The notes below the pieces were generated by a model, which made no database searches, was not told the DNA's origin, and saw only the letters and a program-made list of their open reading frames with translations. From a virus, in the IMG/VR virus record IMGVR_UViG_3300044698_000419, positions 38,153 through 102,152 of that record: 64,000 bases of DNA, one strand, 5' to 3'. Made by a program: the position numbers and the translations under genes. Shown piece by piece: positions 54,234-63,333 of this stretch. The first letter of the stretch is position 1, and each line of letters opens with the position of its first letter.

Positions 54234-54902
54234 CTACCCGGTTTTCACCCCCCAGGAAAGCACATTCGTCAGGGCGGGCGTCTGCGCCACGGGATCGTGC
54301 GGCCAGTCTTTGAGGTCGGCGTCCTCCAGCTCCGTCCAGGGATGGCCGTGTTCGATGATGTTCTGGAGCATCACGTGGAAGGCCGAGGGAACGGGAAGCT
54401 CGTGCTTGCATCCCACGTGCGTGAGTCCGCAACGCATCAGCAGGGCGGGTATCGCCAGGCTGGAGGGCAGGCCCATGCGGTCGGTGACGGCCTGGGCGGT
54501 CTTCTGATACGGGCCGCGCGGGAGGTTCTGGGAGGGGTAGGCGTCGGGGGTTTCCACCAGGAGCACGCCCCCGGGCCTGAGCCACCTGACGGCGTTGGGC
54601 ACCGTGTTCCCCGCCATGGGGGTCCACCGCAGGTGCACCAGGCCGAACCTACGGGGCGGGAAGACCATTGGATCCTCCACACCGGCCACACGTACTTCCA
54701 CGCCTTCTTCACGTATGCCGTGGAAGGGATCGCGGTCGGCGAGGACGGTCTTGCCGTAGAGCGCGAGGGCTCTGGCCGCTCCGGAGCCGCCAAAAGTGAG
54801 GTACGGGGGCTCGGGGGCGAAGTAGTTCATCAGGTCGTCGAGTACGGGGAACGCCGCGTCGTCCAGGGCGGCGGAGAGCATCCGGGAGTCGAAGAGCTTC
54901 AT
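54234..54902 (-). CDS. Degenerate class I methyltransferase-like protein
   Basis: LTFGGSG, FGLVHLR, WLRPGGVLLVE; SAM motif I poorly conserved. Confidence 0.5.
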   Translation of the reverse strand: MKLFDSRMLSAALDDAAFPVLDDLMNYFAPEPPYLTFGGSGAARALALYGKTVLADRDPFHGIREEGVEVRVAGVEDPMVFPPRRFGLVHLRWTPMAGNTVPNAVRWLRPGGVLLVETPDAYPSQNLPRGPYQKTAQAVTDRMGLPSSLAIPALLMRCGLTHVGCKHELPVPSAFHVMLQNIIEHGHPWTELEDADLKDWPHDPVAQTPALTNVLSWGVKTG

Positions 54903-55350
54903 GCCGCTTCGCCGGATTCCCGGTGAATGAACCCGGCGCAGTCCTGCCCGGTGAACTTCTGCGTCCTGCGGCACCTTTCCCACAGGGTGGCGGCGGCCCG
55001 GCTGAGTTCTTCGACGAGATCCGGATGGTTCTCGATCGCGGCAATGCAGGCGTCGGCGGTGAGGCAGGCCGTCGACAGATACGGGGGAGGGTCGATCACC
55101 GACAGCAGCGCGGCGGGAAGTTCCTCGGAGCGGTCGCCCGGGACGCAGCCCGAGTTTTCCAGCTTCTTCTGGGCGGCCAGCGGCTCGGGGCAGTCCTGCC
55201 CCCAGCAGACGATTCTGTTGACCGCCCGGGTCTCTTCGGCGCGAAGTGTCTGGCCGCAGCCCCTGGGGCAGTAGCCGTCAAGGTTGATCATGAACAGCTC
55301 CTTTCCGTAGCCGGATTCTATCGGGGAAGGCTGATGCGTAGACTGCCAGT

Positions 55351-56247
55351 ATGATCTGCTCTTTCATTCCGCCGCACATGTCCAAGAAAGTCGCGCAGAC
55401 TGACAAGTCTTTCGCGACCGCCATCAAGGTGGACGCCTCGTTGCGCGCGGCACGCGAGAAAGCCGTCGGGGTGACCGGTCCGATCCGGGTCTACTCCGCA
55501 TCCAACCGCACCGCGATTCCCGGTGTCCTCGTCCAGGGCGAGGACGAAGTCGCCGACCGGGTGCGCGGGTACTCCCTTCTCATCCATCAGCTTCTGGGGG
55601 TCACCGAGTTCCCCGACGGGGTGATCCGGTACGGAAGGGGGTACGCCAACGCCTTCTTCAACGGGAACTACCTGGTCTTCGGCGAAGGGGACGGGGAGAT
55701 CTTCGGGGACTTCACCTCGGCCCTGGACATCATGAGCCACGAGTTCGGCCACGCCCTGGTGGCGATGGGACCGCGCCTGGTCTACTCGGGCGAGTCGGGC
55801 GCCCTGAACGAGCATCTGGCCGACGTCTTCGGGGCGACCGTCCAGCAGTGGGTCAGCGGAGACCAGCACGACTGGCGGATCGGCGAGGAGATCCTGCTCG
55901 ACCAGGCTTCGGCGGTGCGCGACATGCTGAACCCGGGCTCCGCCTACGACAACGACGTGCTGGGCAAGGATCCGCAGCCCGGCCACATGAACAACTTCCG
56001 GAAGATCCGCGCCGACAACGGCGGCGTCCACATCAACTCGGGCATTCCCAACCGGGCGTTCGCGCTGCTCTGCGAGAAGACCGGGGAGCCGTCCTGGGGC
56101 CGTCCCCTCGCGACGTGGCGCCGGGCCATGCAGGATCTGAACCCGCGCTCGACGTTCAAGGAGTTCGCCCTGGCCACCTGGCGGCACTCGGGCGGCATGA
56201 ACCCGGCGGTCCGCGAAGCCTGGGCGGGAGTGGGGATCACCCTGTGA
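55351..56247 (+). CDS. Protealysin-like M4 (thermolysin family) metalloprotease
   Basis: CSFIPPH propeptide, NAFF, HEFGH, GALNE, DNGGVHINSGIPN. Confidence 0.92.
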   Translation: MICSFIPPHMSKKVAQTDKSFATAIKVDASLRAAREKAVGVTGPIRVYSASNRTAIPGVLVQGEDEVADRVRGYSLLIHQLLGVTEFPDGVIRYGRGYANAFFNGNYLVFGEGDGEIFGDFTSALDIMSHEFGHALVAMGPRLVYSGESGALNEHLADVFGATVQQWVSGDQHDWRIGEEILLDQASAVRDMLNPGSAYDNDVLGKDPQPGHMNNFRKIRADNGGVHINSGIPNRAFALLCEKTGEPSWGRPLATWRRAMQDLNPRSTFKEFALATWRHSGGMNPAVREAWAGVGITL

Positions 56248-56534
56248 ACGAGGTCTGGTACGTCGAGATCATTCTTTCCGGCGCTTCCGGCTGGCAAGCC
56301 CACGTGGAACCTCTGCTCTACGCCCTCCAGGACTATTCGGGAACGCTGGGCGAAGGCGCGGGAGGGGACCTGTCGGTGCGCGTGACGGTCGAGGCCACCG
56401 ACGCCTTCAAGGCCGTGCAGACGGCCTGCCTGCCCGTCATGGATGCCCTGCTGTCGCAGGGGCTGCACTCGGCAGTCATCCGCTCCACGGAAGTCCTCAC
56501 CGAGGCCGAGATGGACGCCCTGCTCTCCTCGTGA
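56244..56534 (+). CDS. Small protein translationally coupled to the M4 protease
   Basis: GTGA overlap; acidic. Confidence 0.6.
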   Translation: MNEVWYVEIILSGASGWQAHVEPLLYALQDYSGTLGEGAGGDLSVRVTVEATDAFKAVQTACLPVMDALLSQGLHSAVIRSTEVLTEAEMDALLSS

Positions 56535-56601
56535 AGCCGCAGGAGACTGGTGTTGTCCGTCCGACTGAACCGGGACGGCTGGAAAGCGAAGGGAGAAGGC
56601 C

Positions 56602-57180
56602 GTGAGTCAGCACGATTCACTCGCGCAGGTGATGGTCGACTACGCGGCGCAGGGCATGACCCTGGCGCAGATCGCGGCGCGGGTCGGCATGGACATCGAG
56701 GCCGTGCACGAGCGCATGACGACGTACCTGGAGAACCAGGCCACGTCGATGTCGGTGACGCAGATGCGGATGCTTCAGCTCAGCCGACTGGAAAGGATCA
56801 TCGGAGCCCTGTGGGAACAGGTGATGGCGGGTGACCTCCTCACCCAGGGCCGCAACGTCAAGAACATGATCGAGACGATCCGCGAGATCACCGAGCTGAT
56901 GGACCTGAAGAAGGACCGGCTGCGCGACGAGCAGGTGAGGCTCACTCAGGCGCAGACGCAGCTCGTCACCGCCTCGATCGAAGCCATTCAGGTGGGGATG
57001 CTGGAGAGGATCGTCGACATCCTGCCCGAGGAGTCGCGTGAGGCTGTGGAGCACATGTGGAACACCTCGTTCCCCGCGATGGCCGCCGACGCCATCGCCC
57101 GCAACACGGCCGCCACGGTGAAGATGGGCGCGGGTGCGGGCCCCATCGAGCTGGAACCCGTCATGGAGGAGATGGACTGA
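56602..57180 (+). CDS. Putative terminase small subunit
   Basis: N-terminal HTH (GMTLAQIAARVG), QLSRLERII...W..VMAGD helical region, upstream of terL. Confidence 0.6.
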   Translation: MSQHDSLAQVMVDYAAQGMTLAQIAARVGMDIEAVHERMTTYLENQATSMSVTQMRMLQLSRLERIIGALWEQVMAGDLLTQGRNVKNMIETIREITELMDLKKDRLRDEQVRLTQAQTQLVTASIEAIQVGMLERIVDILPEESREAVEHMWNTSFPAMAADAIARNTAATVKMGAGAGPIELEPVMEEMD

Positions 57181-57506
57181 TGCTTGAAACCTATCTGGAG
57201 ACCTGGACGAAGAACCCTGACGGCGGCGGGATGTTCACCGGCCAGCGGGACCTGATCCTCGCGCACGACCAGGATTGCCCGTCGCTGAGGTACGCATGGC
57301 TGCCCCGGCGCGGAGGCGTCACCTGCCTGAGCGACTTCATGGGCTGCGAGAGCTGCGACATCTCGTTCTGCTGGGAGGGAATCACCGGCCTGTTCGACGA
57401 CTGCCCGGACTCTTTCTGGTACTTCTGCCACTGCTGCGCCGCCAAGGTCACTCAGTGCCCCTGCGGGGGAACCTGCGTGAAGGACCCGAACGCGGAAACG
57501 GGTTGA
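57180..57506 (+). CDS. Cys-rich hypothetical protein
   Basis: Multiple CxxC/CxC motifs. Confidence 0.6.
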   Translation: MLETYLETWTKNPDGGGMFTGQRDLILAHDQDCPSLRYAWLPRRGGVTCLSDFMGCESCDISFCWEGITGLFDDCPDSFWYFCHCCAAKVTQCPCGGTCVKDPNAETG

Positions 57507-57540
57507 CCGCTCTTTCGCCCACCTCGGGTACCCTCTTCTC

Positions 57541-58101
57541 GTGACGACCATCGGCGACATCATCGTTGAAGAACTGTGCGCTTTCATGAAGCGTTCAGGC
57601 AAGGAAACCCTCCGGGTTCTGGAAGTCGGTGTTCTACGGAACCTCGACCAGGACCACTTGGAGGGGGACGGTCACTCGACTCTGGCCTTCGTCCGGCTGC
57701 TGAGGAACCACCCGGGCAGCGAGTACACCGGGATCGACCTGGATCCGCGAGAGGCCCGCAAGGCGGTGGACTCCGAGGGGCTGGGTGGGTTCTGCCGGTT
57801 CTACGCCGGGGACTCGCTGCTCACGATGAAGGAACTCCTCAGCGACGGGGAGGAATTCGACGTCGTCTACCTGGACTGCGACAACTCCGGTTCGGCGACG
57901 ATGCGTGAATACCTGCTGGCCGAGGATCTTCTCGCCCGGCCGGGGCTCATCATGGGTGACGACATGAACACCAATCACCGCGAGGTCCGCAAGGGCCGTG
58001 TGCTGATTCCCTACCTGCGCGAGGAGGGGGCGGAGTTCGCGATCCGTCACCGCGACACTCCGTGGGACCGGCGCGACATTCTCGTCCAGGAGATCTCATG
58101 A
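57541..58101 (+). CDS. Class I SAM-dependent methyltransferase (Methyltransf_24-like)
   Basis: VLEVG, GIDLD, GDSL, FDVVYLD, GLIMGDD. Confidence 0.8.
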   Translation: MTTIGDIIVEELCAFMKRSGKETLRVLEVGVLRNLDQDHLEGDGHSTLAFVRLLRNHPGSEYTGIDLDPREARKAVDSEGLGGFCRFYAGDSLLTMKELLSDGEEFDVVYLDCDNSGSATMREYLLAEDLLARPGLIMGDDMNTNHREVRKGRVLIPYLREEGAEFAIRHRDTPWDRRDILVQEIS

Positions 58102-58406
58102 GCAAGCAGATCGTTTCCGTCGGCCGGATCGTGCACTACACCTCCTTCGGCTCCGCTCCGCAGGACGGTGTGCAGTTGTACCCGTCGACATGCCGGGCGG
58201 CGATCGTCACCGAGGTCGTGGACCTGAACGGCGGAATCATCCATCTCACGGTCTTCAACCCGGAGGGGATGCAGCTCGTCAAGGACTGCCCCTTCGACTA
58301 CGGGATGCTGGAGCTGAACGGGCCGCGCACGGTGGGTCGCTGGCACTGGCCGGAAAAGACGGTGGCCCCGCTCGCAGAGAGCGGGGCCGAACCGAAGGAG
58401 CTGTGA
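58098..58406 (+). CDS. Conserved phage hypothetical protein
   Basis: SVGRIVHY...RAAIVTEV...WHWPE. Confidence 0.7.
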   Translation: MSKQIVSVGRIVHYTSFGSAPQDGVQLYPSTCRAAIVTEVVDLNGGIIHLTVFNPEGMQLVKDCPFDYGMLELNGPRTVGRWHWPEKTVAPLAESGAEPKEL

Positions 58407-58746
58407 TGTCGCGGTGGACGATGACCCGCTGGCGGTGCGTCTGCGGCCGACGTCATGCGTCGTGGTGGAGAACCGTTCAGGCGCCGTCGTGCACGGCCGT
58501 CAGGCCAACAAGCTCCTCAGTGAGCCGCATCCAGAGGATTCTCACCCCGTCACCGATCCGTTCGAACTCGGTCTCCACGCCGCAGGGAAGCTCCACGATC
58601 AGCCGATCGTAGGGGAGCTGGGCGGCGTTCGCAGGAATCGAGTCGGTGAACATCGTCTCCGTCTCGGACTTCACCTGTTCGGTCCAGGTGGCCGGGAGGG
58701 AGTCGAGCTGGATGTTGGCCAGCATTCCCCAGGTGACCCTCATGGG

Positions 58747-59199
58747 TCAGTAGGCAGAGGGGACGCCGATGTACTGCTGGCGGACCCAGCCCTTGTAGAG
58801 GTTGCCCCAGCCGCCGTTGCCCTTGGTGATCTGCTCGACATAGATGAGCTTGGTGCCGTCGGCGGTGGTGGTCTTCTGGTTCAGGTACTGGAAGGTGTCG
58901 CCCTCGCCCATGCCGGAGCCGAGGTCGTTGCCGTTCTTGTCGCGGAAGATCAGGCCGCCCGTGCCCGGGGCCGGGGCGTTGGCGTAGCGCTCGGCCTCGC
59001 CGGTCACCTTCGTGTCGGGGCACTCGGTGATCTTGGCACGCTCCTTCTTGCCCGTTGCCGGGTTCACCACGTCCTCATAGTGGACCGTCGCCGTGGCGCC
59101 GGGGCCGCAGGTCGAGTCGGCGGAGGCGGTACCGGCGAAAACGAGGCTTCCCGCGAGAGCGGTGGCTGCGGCTCCGGCGGCGATCGTCTTCTTGTTCAT
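58747..59199 (-). CDS. Secreted protein, possibly SH3-like C-terminus
   Basis: Signal peptide MNKK...TASA; GWVRQQYI. Confidence 0.7.
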   Translation of the reverse strand: MNKKTIAAGAAATALAGSLVFAGTASADSTCGPGATATVHYEDVVNPATGKKERAKITECPDTKVTGEAERYANAPAPGTGGLIFRDKNGNDLGSGMGEGDTFQYLNQKTTTADGTKLIYVEQITKGNGGWGNLYKGWVRQQYIGVPSAY

Positions 59200-59247
59200 G
59201 TTCGGGTTTCCCTTCCGAGGTGGTTGTTCTTTCTCCATCAGACCACA

Positions 59248-59259
59248 CGACCTAGGCCA
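59248..59259. promoter_or_regulatory. Operator palindrome between divergent genes
   Basis: CGACCTAGGCCA. Confidence 0.65.
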
Positions 59260-59475
59260 TTCGCAACATCCGGAAGGAAAGCTCATGGACATCTCACCGG
59301 TCGGCACCCTCACTATCCCCCGTATCTGCGACGCAGTGCCGTGCGGGCAGTGTGAGTCGTGCCACCGCAGGGCGATGCTGAACACGGCGTCCTACGCACT
59401 GCGGCTGGAAACGGAAGAGGAGGGCGACCGCAGGGGTGCCCTCCTCGACCTGCTCGACAAGCTCGGTCTGCCCGG

Positions 59476-59847
59476 TTAGCAGCGAGTCCCTTCCTGGGTC
59501 AGGTAGCTGCTCAGGATCTCTTCGACTTCGAGCCGGTCGAGATCACTGAAAGCCGGTGCCTTCAGGATGGTCTTCTCGCAGTTCTCGCGGCTGGTCCATC
59601 CGGTGCGCATGAGTGCGGCGAGGCCGGTCAGTGCCTCGTTGACGTCGTCGGCGGTGGATGACTTGCGGCGCAGCACAGTGGTGACCCTGCGCGCGAACGC
59701 CTGAGCGTGGCCATGGCGAACCGACCCTCGCGGGCACGCGTCATGCGTGACGGTCCAGCCGGATGTGTGAGACCCCTGGACGTTGCCCTCTCCGGCTGGC
59801 ACCCGTCCCTGGCAGACGCCACATGGTTTCGGGTACCTATTCCTCAT
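59476..59847 (-). CDS. Zn-ribbon hypothetical protein
   Basis: NRYPKPCGVC...VPAGEG...HDAC. Confidence 0.6.
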   Translation of the reverse strand: MRNRYPKPCGVCQGRVPAGEGNVQGSHTSGWTVTHDACPRGSVRHGHAQAFARRVTTVLRRKSSTADDVNEALTGLAALMRTGWTSRENCEKTILKAPAFSDLDRLEVEEILSSYLTQEGTRC

Positions 59848-60258
59848 GTTTTTGAGGATGACACAGAGTGCCGCAAAATGAAAGCCGGATTGGGGACACG
59901 TAGTTCAGAGAATCGTCACTCTTCGCGTACGTTTCGCGCCACTGCTTCGGCCGCCGCGTTCCATGCCAGCTTCAGCCGGTCGTTCTGTTCCTGCCACGAG
60001 GGCATCTTCTGCCCGGAGAAGGTGGTCCATCCCACCGATTCCCCGTACGCCTCGTAGGCAACTTTGCCCAGCTCACCCATGCGGTAGTCCTCTCACGAAG
60101 AAGGGGGACCAGGCCGCGTGTGCCTGGTCCCCGGGAGTCTTCAAGCCCCTGGAAGTGGAGTCCGCGCTGCCCAGTGCTGCGCGGGTGGGGCATTGCAAGG
60201 TTACCGAAAATGTTCCCTCGTGAGGAATGCTGTACGCGTCGCAGCAGAAAGGAACGGC

Positions 60259-62625
60259 ATGTCCTCACAGGAAGAGCGGATCGCCTCGGAGGCTGAGGCG
60301 TACTTCCGCAATCAGGCGCGACAGGCGGGATGGGTCAACGATCCCGCCGGATGGGCGAAGGATGTTCTCGGGGTTCACCTGTGGAGCAAGCAGCAGGAAA
60401 TCTGTGACTCGCTCATCGAGAACAAGAGGACCGTGGTTGCTTCCTGCCACGGCACGGGAAAGGCGCTTGGCCTGGAGGAACTGATCCACACCCCTTCGGG
60501 GCATGTGCGGATGGGCGACGTCTCAGCCGGGATGAAGGTACTGGGATCGGCCGGTCAGCCGGTCGAAGTGGTGGCCGTCACGGGCGAGCACAAGGCCGAC
60601 AGCTACGCGGTACGCCTGGAAAGAGGCGGCGCCTCCGAGGAGATCATCGCTTCAGGGGATCACCTGTGGCCCGTGTTGAATCTCCAGACCCTGGCCGACA
60701 TCCAGCTCCGCTCGGACCGCGAGGGCGTACCCGTGGAAACGGGTTTGTGGATGCACCGGACCCGCAATGTCACCACCCGGGACCTGATGAAGGTGAAAGG
60801 GGTGGCTGTTGTTCCGGGGAAAACCCCGCAGATCCTTCAGCGCGGCGTGGAGTGGACCCCCGACGAGGACATGGTGGAACTGCTGCGGGAGCGAGGCGGC
60901 CTGGATCCTTCCGGCAGGACGGCCCTGCTGTGGAAGACCAGGAAGGATGAGCCCCCGGAGATCGCGGAGGTCCGCAGCCGGTTGCAGAAGCTGGGCGTGC
61001 AGACCGTCCTGCGCAAGGACCGCTCCTACGGGACGACCTTGCTGCGTCTGGTCCTGATGGGATCCCACGCACCCACTCTGCTGCCCGACGGGAATCAGCG
61101 GGCCCTGGCGCTGGCTCACGCGCTTTCCGAGCAGGGTTCATGGGGTGACGACGGCTGGCGGGTCGTCTCGGTGAGGCCGGTCGGCGAACGCGATGTGCAG
61201 TGCATCCAGGTCGACGCGCCCGACAGTCTCTACCTCTGCGGCGAGCGGGGGATTCCCACACACAACTCGATGATCGCCTCGGTGCTCGCGTGCTGGTGGG
61301 TTTCCACGAAGCCGCCCGGCCAGGCGATCGTCGTTTCGACCGCGCCCACATATGCCCAGGTCAACAAGATCCTCTGGGAGGAGATCCGCAAGCATCACTC
61401 GAAGGCCGCGATCGGCGAGCACCCGATGCCGGGCCGTGTGACGCAGGCGGATGAGTGGAAGCTGGGGGACGGCCAGATCGTGGGGTTCGGCCGTAAGCCC
61501 GCCAAGGGTGACCGGCACTCATTCCACGGTATTCACCGCCGGTACGTGCTCGCCCTGCTCGACGAAGCGTGCGGCGTGCCCGAGGAGATCTGGACGGGCG
61601 TCGAGGCCATTACCACCAACATCGGCTGCCGGATCCTGGCCATCGGAAACCCGGATGACCGCAACACGGACTTCGGGAAGAACTTCCTGGAGCCGAAGAC
61701 GGCGCACCTGTGGCACCGGATCTCGATTCCCGCGTCCACCACTCCGAACTTCACGGGCGAGCCCGTGCCGCGCCTGCTGAACGAAGTCCTCGTCTCGAAG
61801 AACTGGGTCGCCGAGCGCAAGGACGACTGGGGAGAGAAGGACCCGAGGTACATCGCGAAGGTCGAGGCCCGCTTCCCCGAGCAGAGCATGTCATCGCTGT
61901 TCTCCCCGTCGGTCATCGCCGACGCGATCGACGAGCCGCCGAATCCATCGCTGTACTCGGTGCTGCGCCTGGGTGTGGACGTCGCCCGGTTCGGATCCGA
62001 CAAGACGGTGGTCGCCTCGTACTCGGGGATCACGGCGCAGATCGAGGAGAGCTGGTCGGGGACCGACACGGTGTCCTCCGCCCACAAGGTGCTGGCGCTG
62101 GCTGAGCGGCTGAAGGATGAGCGCAAGGCTCCGTGGGTGGAGATCCGGGTCGACGCCGTGGGTCTGGGTGCCGGTGTCGTCGACACCCTGAACGCCCGTG
62201 CGGTGCTTCTTCCGGAGCCGTGGTACAGCGTCTACGAGATGCACGGTTCCGCCTCGCCCCCGGCGGATGTCGGCGGCTCGGTCTACGGCTTCTACAACGC
62301 GAGGGCGTACTGGTTCGAGCAGCTTCGGCAGAAGATGCGCAACGGCTCGGTCAAGCTCATCGACCCGGAAGAGCTGGTCGCCGACGACCTGAAGATGGTC
62401 TTCTACTCGATCAAGAACGGCCGCCTGCTCATCGCCTCGAAGGAGGAGATGAAGAAGGAGTACGGGCGGTCCCCCGACTTCGCCGACGCCGTGGCGTATG
62501 CGGTGGCGCCGGTCGCCGACGGCCTCAAGCAGGGTGACGTCCTGACGGAAACGGCCGAGACGATGGCGAACGCGTTCGCCGAGGAAGCAGACTTCGAGGT
62601 GGAGGAGTCGATCTCCCCGTACTGA
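60259..62625 (+). CDS. terL: Terminase large subunit (intein-containing)
   Basis: Walker A CHGTGK|S split by an intein, Walker B LLDEA, IGNP, nuclease LGVDVARFGSD and SPDFADA. Confidence 0.93.
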   Translation: MSSQEERIASEAEAYFRNQARQAGWVNDPAGWAKDVLGVHLWSKQQEICDSLIENKRTVVASCHGTGKALGLEELIHTPSGHVRMGDVSAGMKVLGSAGQPVEVVAVTGEHKADSYAVRLERGGASEEIIASGDHLWPVLNLQTLADIQLRSDREGVPVETGLWMHRTRNVTTRDLMKVKGVAVVPGKTPQILQRGVEWTPDEDMVELLRERGGLDPSGRTALLWKTRKDEPPEIAEVRSRLQKLGVQTVLRKDRSYGTTLLRLVLMGSHAPTLLPDGNQRALALAHALSEQGSWGDDGWRVVSVRPVGERDVQCIQVDAPDSLYLCGERGIPTHNSMIASVLACWWVSTKPPGQAIVVSTAPTYAQVNKILWEEIRKHHSKAAIGEHPMPGRVTQADEWKLGDGQIVGFGRKPAKGDRHSFHGIHRRYVLALLDEACGVPEEIWTGVEAITTNIGCRILAIGNPDDRNTDFGKNFLEPKTAHLWHRISIPASTTPNFTGEPVPRLLNEVLVSKNWVAERKDDWGEKDPRYIAKVEARFPEQSMSSLFSPSVIADAIDEPPNPSLYSVLRLGVDVARFGSDKTVVASYSGITAQIEESWSGTDTVSSAHKVLALAERLKDERKAPWVEIRVDAVGLGAGVVDTLNARAVLLPEPWYSVYEMHGSASPPADVGGSVYGFYNARAYWFEQLRQKMRNGSVKLIDPEELVADDLKMVFYSIKNGRLLIASKEEMKKEYGRSPDFADAVAYAVAPVADGLKQGDVLTETAETMANAFAEEADFEVEESISPY
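60463..61266 (+). mobile_element. Class 3 intein (268 aa) in the terminase P-loop
   Basis: Starts Ala-Leu, ends THN|S; WCT triad (DHLW, VQCIQV, PTHN); degenerate LAGLIDADG-like middle. Confidence 0.88.
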
Positions 62626-62668
62626 CGAAATCCTCAAAGTCACCTGTAGTTTCCTGCACGGATCGTGC

Positions 62669-63076
62669 ATGGAACTGAAGGAGGAGCCGATGGACATCCA
62701 GACCTGCCCCCGCAGGATGCGGGAGCTGGGGCCATGGGAACAGGAGGAGGGCCAGGACTCCTGGGTGGAAAAGCCGCGCCACGAGAACGACGTCGTGCCC
62801 GTCTGCTCCTTCTGTGGATCCCTGCATCCCGGGACCTTCCTGGAGTTGGTCGCCAAGGACTGGTGGGTAGGGCCGACGACGAAGAACTACAAGGCGTATC
62901 TGGACGAGCCGTCACCCGGGAGGGGACGGGCGAAGTTCTATTTCCAGCACCTGTCCCCGTCCCAGCAGATGCAGTTCGTCTCGCTCTACAACCGGGGCAC
63001 GATGAAGATCGGGTGGCCCGGTCACTTCAGCGTCGTTCCGTTCTTCATGGGTCTCGAACCGCGCCCGGAGGGGTGA
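62669..63076 (+). CDS. Hypothetical protein
   Basis: CSFCGSLHP; RBS AAGGAGG before internal ATG. Confidence 0.65.
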   Translation: MELKEEPMDIQTCPRRMRELGPWEQEEGQDSWVEKPRHENDVVPVCSFCGSLHPGTFLELVAKDWWVGPTTKNYKAYLDEPSPGRGRAKFYFQHLSPSQQMQFVSLYNRGTMKIGWPGHFSVVPFFMGLEPRPEG

Positions 63077-63333
63077 TGTACGACCACACCGAAGCCGCCC
63101 GGCGCCGGATCCTGATGGCAGCCCATGGCGACGGCCAGGTGGGCAGAAGGTACCTGGAACTCGCCAACCTTTTGATGACGGCGCCGGATTCACCGCAGAA
63201 ACTCACCGCTCTGAGGCGTCTGGCGGACTCCTGCGAGAGCGCAATGGCCTTGGTGGAAAAGGGCCGACAATCCAGGGGAAACTCCTCGGGTAACCGGCGA
63301 ACGCCTGGAGAAACAAGCCGTTAAGGTGATCCC

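Noticed and set aside
56244-56534. Emfourin annotation
   Set aside because: Position fits but the characteristic GG-F-AG motif is not visible
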